Part shown: positions 1-14,800 of the stretch, one piece after another | How the letters are laid out: the number at the start of each line of letters is the position of its first letter | Position numbering within the stretch: the stretch's first letter is position 1 | Assembly (NCBI GenBank): GCA_012295275.1 | Contig: CM022668.1 | Coordinates: 16,120,001-16,184,000, forward strand | Length of the DNA: 64,000 nucleotides | Reading direction: 5' to 3' | DNA from: Chrysomallon squamiferum | Lineage: Eukaryota; Animalia; Mollusca | The notes under the pieces: model-generated | Databases searched by the model: none | Told to the model about the DNA's origin: nothing | The model's input: the letters and a program-made list of their open reading frames with translations, nothing else | Translations under genes and position numbers: made by a program

Positions 1-1017
1 CCAGCAGTTTATGGTGTATTTTTTTCAACAGTTTTCAGTGATCTGCTACTCTTTGTTTCCATTAGCTCTGAAATGTTCAAATTTAATTATTAAATATTAC
101 AGGTTGAGAATTATTTTTATCCAATAAAAGCTAGAAATGGTTTAGATTTCCTAATTTTTCAGATTTTGGAATTTAAGGAAATAGCCTTTGAAAAGTGAGG
201 AATATAACTGAGAATAGGATACAAGTCTGTTCACTAATTCCGTTTGTATTTCATATACAGTTTATAGTCGACAGGATTTCTTTATATATTATATTTGTTA
301 TAATTTTTTGTATGCAAAATAAACCAAAGTGTTTACAATATGAAATATTTCTGCTGCTCAGAAACAAGTTTCAGATTTGTGACCTTTTTGGATGTTGAAA
401 TTTTTGATAAAAGATTCTCAACATGCAGTAGAAAGAATGTCAGAAATGTGTCACAATCTTCATCTTCCAGTGCCAAGTACCAGCTTTAAATCACTTCGTA
501 TCTCACTGATACACTTGTGTTGTCGAAGCATATGTTTTGTATTGTTTCAATGCTTAAACATAAATAAATAAATAAATAAATAAATACATTTTATTATTAA
601 ATTAATTAATTATTCAGAATACAAAAACAAAATTGGGCACATATTAGAAATTAACCTTTGGTGGTATTAACATATCTTTATATATCCAAGACATATGGTT
701 TGTCTCTTTATCTCGTTGCTAAGTGATAACAAACATTATTATGATACAAGGGAACTCTTAATATAAAATAACTTATGTTTACACTGAAAACAGACAAGTT
801 TTTGATGTTTGTTTATAGAGTTATGTCTGTGTTCTGATGGCAGAGACAACAAACAAGAGATCTTATTGGTCTAAACCTGTGTTGATTTAAAATTGAGTCT
901 CTTATCAACATCTAGTGAAGAGAAATATTCAAGATATTTGCATGACTGGATTAACTTTGTAGTCTCATCTTTAGTTATGTAGAGGTGAAGAAAAATTTCT
1001 GTTGATGAAATCCAGAA

Positions 1018-1195
1018 AGGGTTTGGGGTTAGGGTCAAGGGTCAAAGGTTAGGGGTTAGAACTAGCCTTGGGGTTGGGGTTGGAGTTAGGGGCAGGGGTC
1101 AAGGTATAGAGGTTAGGGTTGGGATTAGGATTACAGGTAAGGGTTAGGGTTAAGGTCAAGGTTAGAGTTAAGGTCAGAGTTTGGTTAGGGTAAGA
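1018..1195 (+). repeat. Degenerate interstitial telomere-like (TTAGGG-variant) tract
   Basis: Run of roughly 6-bp units such as GGTTAG, GGTCAA, GGTTGG and GGTTAA with several exact TTAGGG copies. It is a G-rich island in very AT-rich DNA. Confidence 0.7.
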
Positions 1196-1809
1196 TTTAA
1201 TTTCTGATTTATTTTAAAAGAGATTTAATAGTTTGGAATTCTGATTTTTCAGAATTTGAGCTGTTGCAACCATGACTGAAATTCATGATGATATAAAAAT
1301 AGTATAATTACTTCTTTATTCCATCTTTATTCAGTACTAATATTTTGTTTCTTAAAAACCACGTTTGTATTATTGTTGTTAATAGTTGGGAAATATTCTT
1401 GTTAATATCTGTTATTGTTGAGTTATTCATTACATGACAAATTAATCATGTACATATCAAATGTTTTAAATAGTTTAATTTGTGCGTGTGTTCAATATTT
1501 TAATGTATATGTGTTTGTATGTATAGACATACATGTGTTATATGTGAAAAAGAATTTATATTTAATTCATTGCCATTATTAATTAGAACAGAATATACAA
1601 CATATTTGTTGTGAGCTAATTTAACCTACATTGTTATGTTTAGATGAGAGAAATATTTTTAATGAAGTTTTAAAAAAGTGTTGGACAAATAAGTATTTTA
1701 CAAACAGGACTAGTATTTGGTAATCAGAGAAAACAAAGCTATACAGTATGAATGATATTCTGTTTTTATTAATATTGTTATTGTTGTTGTTATTATTATT
1801 ATTATTACA

Positions 1810-1860
<51 letters not shown>

Positions 1861-1924
1861 ACAAAAGGTAAGTGTACCTATGTCAATATTTTGTGAAAAA
1901 AAAAAAAAAAAAAAAAAAATAAAA

Positions 1925-1962
<38 letters not shown>

Positions 1963-2394
1963 ACAATGACAATAAACCTAATTAAGAAATAATAAAATGG
2001 TGATATTTTTACAATTATTAGTAAGTTTTTATTTTGCATTTATTTTTATTTTTTTAATTTTAAATATTTATTTGCTTAGGGATTTTTATTTACTATTATA
2101 TTTATTTACTTATTTATTTTTAATTTGGGGAACTGTTAATTATTTTGGTATATATTAAGTGGGCATTATTAAAATTACAAATCTTAATTCAGTACTTGAT
2201 TTTACAGACATTTGTGGGGTTTTTTTATAAAATATTAGAAAAAAGCTTTAAAATAGATATGTATGGGTGAGAAAAAGGAATTATTTTATTAAACTGGTGA
2301 TGGATAAATTGTATTAATTATTAGAGGTCACAGAGAGGTCACATTTTTAACTTGATGGTGAAATTTTTCTGTTTTGTTTCAACAACTGTTGTAC

Positions 2395-2565
2395 AAATGT
2401 TTTGTTTTTCAAATGAAGTTGTTTTGTTTGTAATTGTCATATGAAATTGTTTTTTTTGTAATTGTCTTACAAAGTTTGTTTTGTTTGTAATTGTCATATG
2501 AAGTTGTTTTGTTTGTAATTGTCATATGAAGTTGTTTTGTTTGTAATTGTCAGAAGATGTTTGTT
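2395..2565. repeat. About 28-bp minisatellite (tgaagttgttttgtttgtaattgtcata)n
   Basis: About 5 imperfect direct copies are visible. Confidence 0.8.
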
Positions 2566-5500
2566 TTATTTCTTTATCATATGTCAGTTTACACATGTGC
2601 AGCAAAGTGTGTTAAATCTAGTTAATTTTAACATGTTAATATTTTGTTGACTCAATGTGGGAATCAGAGAAAGCCCAAATAAAGGTTTAAAGTTTAATTT
2701 GTTGTTGATTCTCTTACGTCATACATCACACTTTTAACCTTTCACTGTTGATATGGATACCAGTGTCTGTTGTCAAAAATGTGAGCTGTAACAGAACAAG
2801 GAACTGTACTGGACTGGTGAAAACATGGTACATAATACACCAGATATTCTACTGCAACTGCAACAGTGGTCAGTATAGAATGGACATTACCAACAAGTAC
2901 CAAAGAAATTAACTTTGTTCCACGATGCTGAATACAGGTCTCTATTCTAAATACACATCACTCAAAAACATTCAGAACATGACAAAACTTTTTATTTGCA
3001 TAAACCGAAAAATAAACAAAAAATGTAAAATGCATCAAATATGAAAAAGTGCAATAATTAGAAAATAAAACTAAAAATAATGTATAATTTGGTAGTAAAC
3101 AGTAATCTTGCAAGGCACCTTTCTGATAATCCAGGACAACCACATGTTGCTAGGTAATCAACATAGTGTAACAACCCCTGCAATTAACAAAATAACCACA
3201 AACCACATAAATAAATAAATAAATAAATAAATAGTAAATACCATAGAGAAAAAAAAAAAAATAAAAAAATTAAGGGGGGGGCATTTTCTTGGACTGTTTT
3301 TCATTGTTTTACTTCAAAAATTAACAAAATAGCCTGGGAAAAAAATAAATAAATGGTAAAAAAAAAAAAAAAAGTTTTGGGAGGGCCTTTCATTGGACAG
3401 TTTTTCATGTTTTGTTTCCAATTTAATAAGTATAGTTGTAAACATTTAAGAAAACAAATTGCGTGGAAATCTCCAAAATGTTGCAGAAAGCTGATAGCAA
3501 ATGCAGGGGTTGTACAGTACGTTGTATCACAATAAATAATTATATATATATATATATAGTTTTAAATTACAGTATTATGTTGAAACTATATAAATACTTT
3601 CAATGAACTAATGTTTAACTTTGGTAAGGTACAAAAATCATGAAAAGGTACAAAAATATGTCAAAGAATTAACATGTTTAAAAAATACACAATGCTAGAT
3701 TTATCAATGAATTAAGTGACATCTGAAACAGATTTGAAAATTTCAAAAAAATAAATTATATTTCTTTTCATGAATCACCAAATCTTTTTTGGGAAAATGG
3801 CAGTATGTGAATCATGCTGTGTGATTTCACTGTTAAACTTACCAGTCATGCATGTGTCATTAATTAAATTTCATAACAGAAAAAGAAAATCAAAAACTTA
3901 ATAAATTTAAATAAAAGCACATTATATTCATTTTAGGATCACACAGAATGATGAATCATGCATTTTTCTGATAAAATGATGTTTTTAAAAAAAAATGAGA
4001 TTCAGAATTCATAAAAAATTATTTTACTTAGCAAACTGTTTGCAGGCAAAAATAAAATGAAGCCACAATTATCAAAGAATATTAATTATGAAACTGGTTA
4101 TTATTACATAAATATACATGAGAGGAAAAAAAAACATACTTTTTATTCCAAAATAATTAGAAATTAAAATAAAAAATCATTAATAAATATATATATATAT
4201 ATATTTTTTAAAGTCAAAACTGCAAAGCTGAATCATAAAAAATAGCAGTAAAATACTGTATTTACAGTATGACGGTCTATGTACATCAAACTGTTCTGGT
4301 TATCACACTAAATACATAAAAATAATACTGACAACATTTTGGCACTGATTAGCTAATATAAAATTGTTATTTTTTCCAATAAATAAAATGAAACTAACAA
4401 TAATTTAATTGCAAAATGCTGAGTTAATGAATATTTATTTTCAAAACATGAAATTGTTTTGTGTGAATAGGTAAGGTTGTCCAAAATAAATTTTTATTTT
4501 CTTAAAAATAAGGATGATGTGAGAGAAAACTTATTGCTATAACCATATGGACTAGTCTTACCAATTTAGTAAGAATCACCAGAATACAGATATATTAAAG
4601 ATAAAAAAACAAAATTAATCTTTTAAATTAATATCATATTAGCGAACAGTTTCAATAATTGAGAGACAATGTTATTATTTATTTTTTTAATTCCGCAAAC
4701 AGCTAATTAACCAATTTCATTTTTATTTTGTTTTGTATAAAAATTAACAATTTAAAGTATTTTGAGTATTAAAAAAAAGAAGAGAATCGCTAATTCATGC
4801 AGCAAATATAAAATAAACAAAACAAATAAAAAAATTAAAATATATAGTGTTTTTAATTACTAAAATCCAATATAATTAACTGATCATAAGGTAACAGCAA
4901 AATTATTTAATAAATAAAAAATAAAATAGATTTAAAAAAGATCATATTATCTGTAAAAATTAAAAATTTATCTTGAATATAAATTTGAAACTTTTTTTGC
5001 TAAATTTTCCAACAGTTAATATTTACTAAATTAAATATTCCTTATTTTAATAATAAAAAAATAATAATAAATAGATTTTTATTCAACAACAACAAAGTAA
5101 ATTTTTATTATTAAATATTATTAGGAACCAATGCTTCTGTAATAATTTTTTAAAATTTTTATTTGTTTTATGATAATGATTAACCCTCTTAGATACATTA
5201 GCACAACATTTGGGATCACAAGCAGTTATTATTTCTTCTCATGTGATGTCATCAGTTTATGTGTACTATCCCAGAATACAACACACCATGGGCTTCTCTA
5301 GTCCATAGTGGTTATGTAGTAAAAAATATAAACCTAAGACACAAATCTTTAAATTCTTTTTTCCTTACACCATAAATCAAATAATACTTGGCCAGTTAGT
5401 AAAACTATGTATATTATTGCTTGTACAACTTCCACACTGTCTGAATATTGATTCTCGAGGAAAACAAAATGGCAGGTATGTAACAAATAAAGTGATCAAA

Positions 5501-8500
5501 GTCATGTAAACTTGTGAAAAATAACAACACAAGAAAAACATCACAGCGAATATGTGAATAATTAAAATCTACTATATTGGGAAGACTGCAGAAAATTTAT
5601 AATTCTGTGAAATTACCTCTCCACAAGAACAGGTATTTGAAATTAAATAATTTAACAATGCATACTACTGGACTGAAACGACCAAACATTTAGCACTAAC
5701 ATGTAACATGAATGTTTCTTTTAACTAGTAGATTTCTATGTAAACTATATACAGCTAAACAAAGGATATGTGTGTGTGTGTTTGTGTGTGTGTGTCCATG
5801 TGTGCATGTGTGTAGTGTGTGTTTATGTGTGGTGAGTTTGTGTGTGAGATTGTGTCAGTTAGTGTGTGTCTGTGTAAGTATTTGTATGCATGTTTCTATC
5901 TATGTGTTTGTCTCCTTTTTGTATCAGTAGATTGATATTTAGAAAAAGGCCCAAGAAACTCTAACATAAATGATAAATTTGAAAGACAAACAAACATGAA
6001 ATACAAAAAAAATAAAATAAAATGAAAAAAATTAACAATAATGAAATAAAAGGAATGTTTTTTTTTTTTTTTTTTTGTTTGTTTGTTTTTTTTCTGTTCT
6101 AAAATGATGAACAATTTTAAAGTCAAACGTTGTGAAATACAATGAAAACAATGACTATCTCATAAAATGAGGTTATTAGAAAACTCTTACATGGAATCTC
6201 ACTAAAGATACATTAAAAAAATAACAATAATAATAATAAATTTCTGAAAGACAATAAAAAATATTTGTTAACACAGGCAATTCTGTACCTGCCCATCATC
6301 AACATACATTTATTTACAAAATAAGTTTGTGTCATTAATTTAGCGAAACATTCTGAATGTAACATCATTAATGTAAAGAAATATAAAATAGATCAAGGTG
6401 TATAAAACATATTTCTTACAAACCCAGAATGAAAAACATCAACAGACATCCAAATGTTTATCAATTATTTTCTCTTCTTACATAAAGTTGTCATTTTTGG
6501 CTGCCATAAAAACGTTAAAGTACAACATATTTTGATTTGCTTCAGTTTAAATGAAAATTTAAAAATTATAACAAATGAATGAAAGTGACAATTAAAAAAA
6601 GATGAATGTTATCATGAAACAATGTATGTTTGTACACAGCTGTATAAAATAAATAATAATCACAGTTATTTTTAAATATTCTCCTATATCATAAATAAAA
6701 ATGTAAAAAAAAATAATAATATAAAAAATGTTTTATTTTATCATTGCAATACTAAAGGTTTTAATTGCCAGTGCTATCTGAAGATTTAAATCTGGGCTGC
6801 AATAAAAAAAATTCCTCATCTGGATTCCCCAAAGACAAAACAGAAAGGCATTTATAGGAGTATTTTTGGAAAAAATAAATAAAATTTGTAATTTGTAAAC
6901 ACTGAACCGATTATGCATGTCAATAAAAATACCATCAAGTCTTTTTATTATTATTATTATTTGGTTTTTTCTTTATTTTATTTTTTTTAAATATTTCTGT
7001 TTAAAATAACAGATTGTTAGCCAGTAAACATTGGTTGCTTTTTATTTTATTTAGTTAATAGCTGTAATTTATTAACAGAAATTATTTATTTATTTATTTT
7101 TTTTTTTTTTTTTTTTACCAGTTTAAAATAATGAGAAACTAAAGTGTTTGTATGTTATAGATTCCATAACATTATGTGGCAAGTCAAATACAGTTCACTT
7201 TTCAGTAACTAATTTAAATAGCCTACTACAATAGAAAACATTCTTTATAAAAAAAAAATTAAAATGCTTTTTTTAAAATACCAATTTGTTATTTACATCT
7301 GATTTCACACAAATCTTTTTACACATATTCTAAACAGCAAGAATTTTTTTTCTTTTTACTTTTTTTTTTTTTTTAGTCATGCAAATGCTGATGTATTTAA
7401 AATAAAACACTGTAATTTTATAAGTTAAATACACCCACAGCTTCTGTCTGTATGTCCATTTGTCTGTTTGTCTGTTCACAAGTAAATATTAGTTTGAAAA
7501 AAAACCTACAAATTCAATATAAAAATAATATTCGTTGCACTTTTTTGAATAAAAATAATTATATGTAAATAAATCTAATACTAATGAAACAGATACATCA
7601 AGATGTATATAAAAGATATGGTTAGGCTTTAAAGCTGCCATTTAACATTTTATATAGAGTATTTTGATTAAAACAGAATGCTTTTATTGTGACTGTACCT
7701 GCCAAAATCATTCTCACTGATAAATTTGTTGTTACATTTTTATTTTTTATAAAAACCTATTATTTTTATAAAAATCTCAAAAATTATTCCAACATACCTT
7801 TCTCTTCATTAAAAGCAAAAACATTTTTGAATATTTTCATTAAAATAATGATGATAATAATAATAATAATAGTAGTAGTAGTGTAGTATATTAGTAATAA
7901 TAATAAAATAAAATAAAATAAAATAATAATAATAATAATAATTATTATTATTATTAATGAAGCACCATATTAATAATTCAAGTTGATATTTCAAAGGATT
8001 AAGAATTTTTGTTTTTATATTTTGATAATCTAAATCTTATGATTAAGCAACAGAAAAAGAAGCATCTGAAAAGCATTCTGTAATATAATCAACATACATT
8101 AAAAACAAATATTTGGAATGTATCATTGTAACATCTGTAATGAGGAAAAGAAAACACATTGTAAAAAAAATATATATATATATTAATAATAATAAATCTG
8201 GATAATGGATTAGTGGGTTATTCAAAATAATTGCATTTACAAATATGAATAAATAATATGCAATTCTTGTCAGCTATTTCAATTCAAATATGAATATTTA
8301 ATATCACCAAAAAACGATGAAATTGTATTAATGGTAACAATTAATCAAAACTAATTATTCATTAATCCACATACCAGACTTTAAAGTCAAATTTAAAAAA
8401 AGAAGAAAAAATAAAGAATTATATAATAATAAAATAAAGTTAAATGTAAATATGTTTATAAATTTAGTTTTTTTTTTTATTATGCTTATAATATCCAAAT

Positions 8501-8868
8501 AAATACATTTATGGCTACACTGTTTTAAAAAGTTTAATATCACTGGAAGTTTCATATAAAATTTACTACATGGCAAAAATATTTTTATATAAACCAGTGT
8601 GACATTTCAAAAAGGTTTTATTTGTAAAGATATAACCTGATTAACTCCCATACTCGGTAGTTATAGCTGTGTAGAACTGGGTCTAATAGATTCTAGGATT
8701 AACAGATTAAATGGATTAGGCTCAGCACTGGAACAAGCATTGAGAAAGCATACAGCACTTTCATAAAGATTCATAAAACTCAAAATAGTCAGATTATCAG
8801 AAACGTGACTTTCTGAACTGATGTGATGATTCAGTCCTGTGTATTCTAATAAGACATTGTTTGTTTTT

Positions 8869-11800
8869 TCACTCACTTGTCTGGAATTTGCTCTTTGTTC
8901 GTTGTAAAGCCAGCTGCACTTTGGCGATGTTAGCATCCAGTGCTGCTATCCCTTCACGGAAAGCACGATCATCTGCTGTCGTAGTTGAAGAGAACGACAT
9001 CGCGCTGGATGTAGCGTCATCGTTGATGGTACTGAGAGACACATCCAGTTCTGTCCCCTTGTAGAGCTCTTCCTGATAAGCAGCAGAGAAATCGGGGAGA
9101 GATCCGTGTTTGGTCAATGCAGCAGTTTTTCTGTTTTTATCCACAATGTCTCCGGGTTTTGAATCTGCTTTTCCCAAGACTGTTTCTGCTCTGTCTGCAG
9201 TCTCCTCAATGCAAACCAGTGGCTCGCCGAGCTGTGGGTACTTCCTGAAGTAGTCCGAGACACTGTAACACACATTGTCCTCCTGTTTGGCACAGCTCTC
9301 TTCAGCTTTAGGAAACAGCAAAGAAGAAGCATTGAAATTCTCATTAGCGCCAGATGCCGTCTGCTCGCCTTGACCTCTTGCAAGGTCATCTGCTGGTGTT
9401 TTTCCGTGATTCGGCGAGGAGCTGAACCTGGACTCGCTGATTTTGTTGGCTTTCTCGTTTGCTGGCTGTCCTTTTTTCTTGTTGCCGACAGGCTCCTTGG
9501 ATTTCTCTGGCTCCTGCTTGTTCTTCAGGCCACCATATTTCTTATCCTCCTGACTGCTCTCTGTCGTTGCAGAGTTTAGAATGTGCTGCTCGTGTTTCTT
9601 CAGAGCAGCTTTTGTCAGCGGGGAAACAGATTTTTTCTTGTCCACAACTTTGTCGAAAAGCAGGGATTTCTTCACCCCACCTGCTGGTGACTTCACTTCT
9701 GTTGGGTGGCCAGGGTCAGACATGACACTTTTAACTGGGCTGAGAGAAACACAACAAAAAAACAACAACCTCAGATGACAACAGGTATTTTTAAATTTGT
9801 ACAACTTTTCATGTTGCTGATGTATCAATCATGATCCCATAGCCATTTCAAATATACGAGTAAATAATACAAGGAAATTATAAAAGAAAATAATACAAAG
9901 AAATAATACAAAGAAATTATATAAGTAAATAAAATTAATTGCTGAAAATAATTTATCTGAAATGTCTTGGATGGGAAGTGTTTCAGATTTTTATAATTTG
10001 TGGGGTTTTGAAATAAAAGCATGAAACCAGAGAATAGGTTCTAAGTCTAATCACGAATTTTATTTACATTTCTTGTACAATATAGTCTGTAGAAACCATA
10101 CATAAAATAAAATTCTAAAAGGTCTAAAACTGTAAGATATTACTATTTCTGCTGATCAGAAAACATTTGGAATTTTTGATATGGGATTTCAACCTGTATT
10201 TGATATGTTACCATTTCAGTGAGAAATCAGCACAAAGAAACTACATCAAACTTGAATGTGAAAATTATATTTTTATATTGTTTGGTTTGCCCTGTGTGTT
10301 GTTTTACATCCTGATAAAATATTTAAATGTTGTTTAATGCTGTTAATGAATAAAATGGTTTTTAGTCTTTTTATGTTAACTGGAAATTTAAAGCTTGCAA
10401 ATATTTTTCTATTAATTTTAAATTAATTTTAAATTTTACCTTGAACCTCTGTCAAGTATCAGCAGCATTCTCTGTAGATTGAAACTGTTACCAACAGAAT
10501 TTGGTCCTTTAATGTTACAGTTAGCATCCAAACTACCAAGTATTCCTTCAACCCCATCCTTCAGAGTTCTGTTAATAGTAAAACATTTACTGTCACAAAT
10601 ATCTGTGGTACTACTGTTAAAATAAACGAAATGTGAGCTATCTTTTAGGATAAGTCAAGTATCGTTTATTCAGTTCCAGAATCTTAAAACATTTCCCAAA
10701 AACACCACTAATTTTATTATTATTGTTTTTTTTAATTGTTTAATTTTTTATATGTTGTATTGTATTTTACTTACTGTAGAAGTGGTTTAGTATTTTACTT
10801 ACTGTACTAGTTGTTCTAGTATTTTACTTACTGTACTAGTTGCTCTAGTCTGTGTATTTCGTGGTCTCTCTGTTTCAGAGCAATCTCTAAGATGCTGTTT
10901 TCTTGTAAAGCAGCTTTCAGCTTCAACAGGTTTCCTTCATTTTGTTTCTTCAACAAATCCAGCTGCCTTTCCAGCTTCGAGCTTTCCTGTTTGCACTCCT
11001 CTCGCAGTTTCACCTTCTCTTTATTCTGGAAACAAACCAACCCACATTTTAACAACTAAAACATTAAAACCACATCTCTTTCACACAAATAGCACTGTAC
11101 TGCAGTTCAACCACCATTTAAATGGAAAGACTTTATTAACCTTTGAAAAAAAAATTCAAATATAACCATTTTTTTTCTTCTCTAATTTGAGGATTGTTTT
11201 TGACAACAGTAATAATTTACTGGTTTATCTGATCCTAAGACTTTACTGAAAAAAGTCTTTCTATCATTCAAGTAGCACAAAAATTGCATTTCACAGATTG
11301 TAGGAAGCTAATATATACATCAAAAGGGTTTGTTAATAAATATATTAAACAAATATTTATGAACAAATGGATGTATTTTCTACCTTTTATGATCAGACAA
11401 GTAGATTTTATACACAAAATGTATGTTTTTGGCTATTAAAAAGCCAGGTGTATGTAAAACAAATATATTTTTAGCTAAAACAAAGAAATGTACCTTTTCA
11501 TCGAGAATTACAATCAACTGCTGACGTTCTTGTTTGACTTGGTCCTTCTCTTGCTGAAGTTCGTCCACCAGCGCCATGAACTTTGTGACAGCTTCCTGTT
11601 TTTCTCTCAACTGTCGATTCAGAGAAACATTGTCTGCCTGGAGATTCAACACTGGAAACAACAAAAACATATAAAATAATACACATTTTAAACTGTATTT
11701 ATAACAATCCTTAATAAACCACTGTTAACTCAAGCTGGGAGTGTTGTGAATACACACCTAAATAACAGAGTCTTTTGCCACACTTCTCAATGTTTATGCC

Positions 11801-14800
11801 TAAGGTTGTTTGTTTGTGTTATTTTTTTTGATTATTATTTTTTTTTTTTTAATTTATTATACAAATTAACTCATAATAATAACATTAACATTTAGACTTC
11901 CAGTGAAACTGCCTTTCTGACCCCAAACCACTCCCTGAAGCTTTTATCTGGTGGGGTTTACATTTGTTATTCAAGTAACTTCCATATTTAAAAATATTAG
12001 TATTAATAACTTTTAGTCTGATCAGCTTTTTCAATCAAAAGATTCCATCTAATCCTGACATTCATTAGTATTTATTTTTTTATTATGTTTTTATTTTTTT
12101 ATACATCCTGATCCTGTTATCCACTACTTTTTATTAATTTCTGTTTTTTAACTATCCCGTTTTTAATCTTTGGGTTTTAATTCATTTTTCTACAAGTATC
12201 TGGAAACTCAAGTTTTAATTATCTCACGTTCAAAGTTCACTCCAAGAGAATTGGATTCTCTCTCCAGTCGTTCTCTTTCTCGTAGCTGCTGGTTCAAAGT
12301 TTTGACTCGCCTGAAAAAATAATAATTAAAAACAAAACTTAGCCCTGGAAAACTTTTCTAAATTTATATCAGAGATGCTGTTAGGCATCTTTCTGTTATT
12401 ACAAACATTTTCAAACTCAACAAATGACAGCTGGAAATGAAATGTCAGAATGTTTTTATACAAGACACATTCCTAACTTTCAAAATAAAGGTTGTGAATT
12501 TGTTCACTTTATCTTTAGCAACAAAACAAATCTAATTACTGTTTACTCTTGTCTCGATCTTTACAAATCTCTATCACAGCTAGAACTGATTTTATTTCAT
12601 ATAAATCCCAATGACATTTTGAGTTTATTTAAAACTACAGATACTGGAGAAATAAATTTATATAAGCAGTTTTCATATAACAAAACTAAACTAGTTATAC
12701 TAGTTATGTGATTTTTAAATTAAAAAAAAATTTTTTTTACAGAACCATGACACTTTCAGTAAAGAGAGATAAAGATAAAAATAAAGATATTATATGTAAA
12801 TCGTTAAGGTGACAACAGGTGTAAATGTTTACCTGTTAAGTTGAATGTTTTCATTACGAAGTGGTTGCAGCAGCATTTCAACTTTACTCAACAGGTCAAA
12901 GGTTGTCATTCTCTCCAAAGCTTCATGCAAATCTTGTACTAAACACAACATATCTCCACTTCCTAAATATCAACAAAAAATAAATAAAATAAAAATTTAC
13001 AATTAATTAAATTTAATTAAATGATAATTAAATGAAGATGTAACTTCAAGTATCCAGTACTTTTTTCCATCATAAGAAAACTGGCATCATTTCAGCTTCA
13101 AACAAGCTTTTAAAATACACCTTCCCATAGACAGAAAACAAACTTGCAGCTGGATTTAGAGATAAATGAATGCAAATAGAGAAACAGACTGATAAATCAA
13201 ATTTCTGGTCAAGAATTTATTATTTATATACATTTTTGATTAATTCCACTATACTGATGCAGTTACTGAAAATCAGCAACTTCTACTTCTAGTATAACTT
13301 TTTTATCTTTATAATTCCAAAGAATATAAAAATTATACCTATTTATTTTGAAAAATTAAAATTCTAGAAAATTAAAAGAATATAAAATATGTGAAACAAA
13401 ATCCTGTAAAAGAAACTCAATACTGTTATATTTGCTGTTTCAAGTATCAATAAATAATATTAAAGTGTTATCCAGACTCCACGTGTTATAAAAAAATAAA
13501 ACTTTAATTTTCAGTGATGGAAGGTATATCAGAGCCTGAACAGCATTTGTGCTTATGATAGCTTAGTAAATTTACCGATTTTTTTTTAATAATAAATAAA
13601 TAAATAAATAAATAAATAAATGTGAAAATGACTCACCTGCCATTTTGGCCATTTTTTCAAGTTCTTTTAACAAGAAATTGACATGTTGTGGCCCCTGAGG
13701 TAACTCAGGTGCAACGTGCTGTGACGGTCTGGGGAAATCCTTCAGAATGTCAGGCTGAATTCACAAACATATATATATATATTTACATATTTATATAAAA
13801 ACATACATACACACTCACTACACACAGTATGAAGATTGAAAAAAAAAAAAAATAATAATAATTTAAAAAAAAAAAAATAATAATAAGCTTAATATCTTTA
13901 CTTTAATGCAATTCTACTTTTCATCTAGCTGATTAATGATGATCATAAATTATTTTAAAATATGAATTAAATATCATAACTGTGATAATTTTAGTAACTT
14001 TTATGTATACTAGATCATTAAAAAAAAAAAAAAAAAAAGAATGAAAATTAAACTCATTGTTATGTTACCTCAAAAGTGGGGATAACTGCTTCCAAATTGA
14101 CGGGACTTCTGTTGGGAGAATTCATTGGTGTGTCCATGGTGTTGCTTTCCAGCAGTGTCTGAAGGAAATTCAAGGGTTGTTTAGTCACATTCTCCTGCTC
14201 CTTGCCGTAGTAAGACTCCAGCTTTTTGCCTGCAAGATTCCTCCCGTTTTGAGCAGATTTGGTTTTGAAGTCGTCTGCGTGGAACGTCTTCGCTGAAACA
14301 TTAACAGGGGAATTAGCCGGAGTTTCCACAAAATCATGCAGAAAAGGAAATGGCTTTGAAATGCCAACGTTAGGAGTCAAACTACACTGATTAATTAGTC
14401 TGTGAGGAACAGCGTAGTCATCTTCCCCCAGTCTGATGTGGACTGGATCCAGCTTTTCGGGACTTGGTGCTTTTTTCTCTGGAATACTTGTTCTGCACGG
14501 CTGTGGAGCTGATTTTCCAGAATTTGCAGATATTTTCTCTTCCTTAGTTTGTGTTCTTCCTGCGTGTCTGCCCAGAATTGGTCGAGGTTCGTGCTGGTGA
14601 TTCTGTAAACCAGGCTTGGGTGAAGGGTGATGATGATCATTTTCACCTCTATTCACCTTTCTAAATCCGTCCTTGAACTCTGAGTGTTTTTTCGGAAGGT
14701 TTGGAGTTTGAAATTTTCCTGTCACACGTTTTGATTCGCTCAGACTTCGTTCAGCTGTGAGCTGCTCTGTGAAGGAAGCAGACTGTTGAGGCTCATCCTG

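Noticed and set aside
8869-8880. ACAA|GTGAGT as a donor to a further CCDC14 terminal exon
   Set aside because: An in-frame TGA follows within two codons, just after the conserved C-terminal motif, and no convincing downstream coding exon was found in 1-8800.
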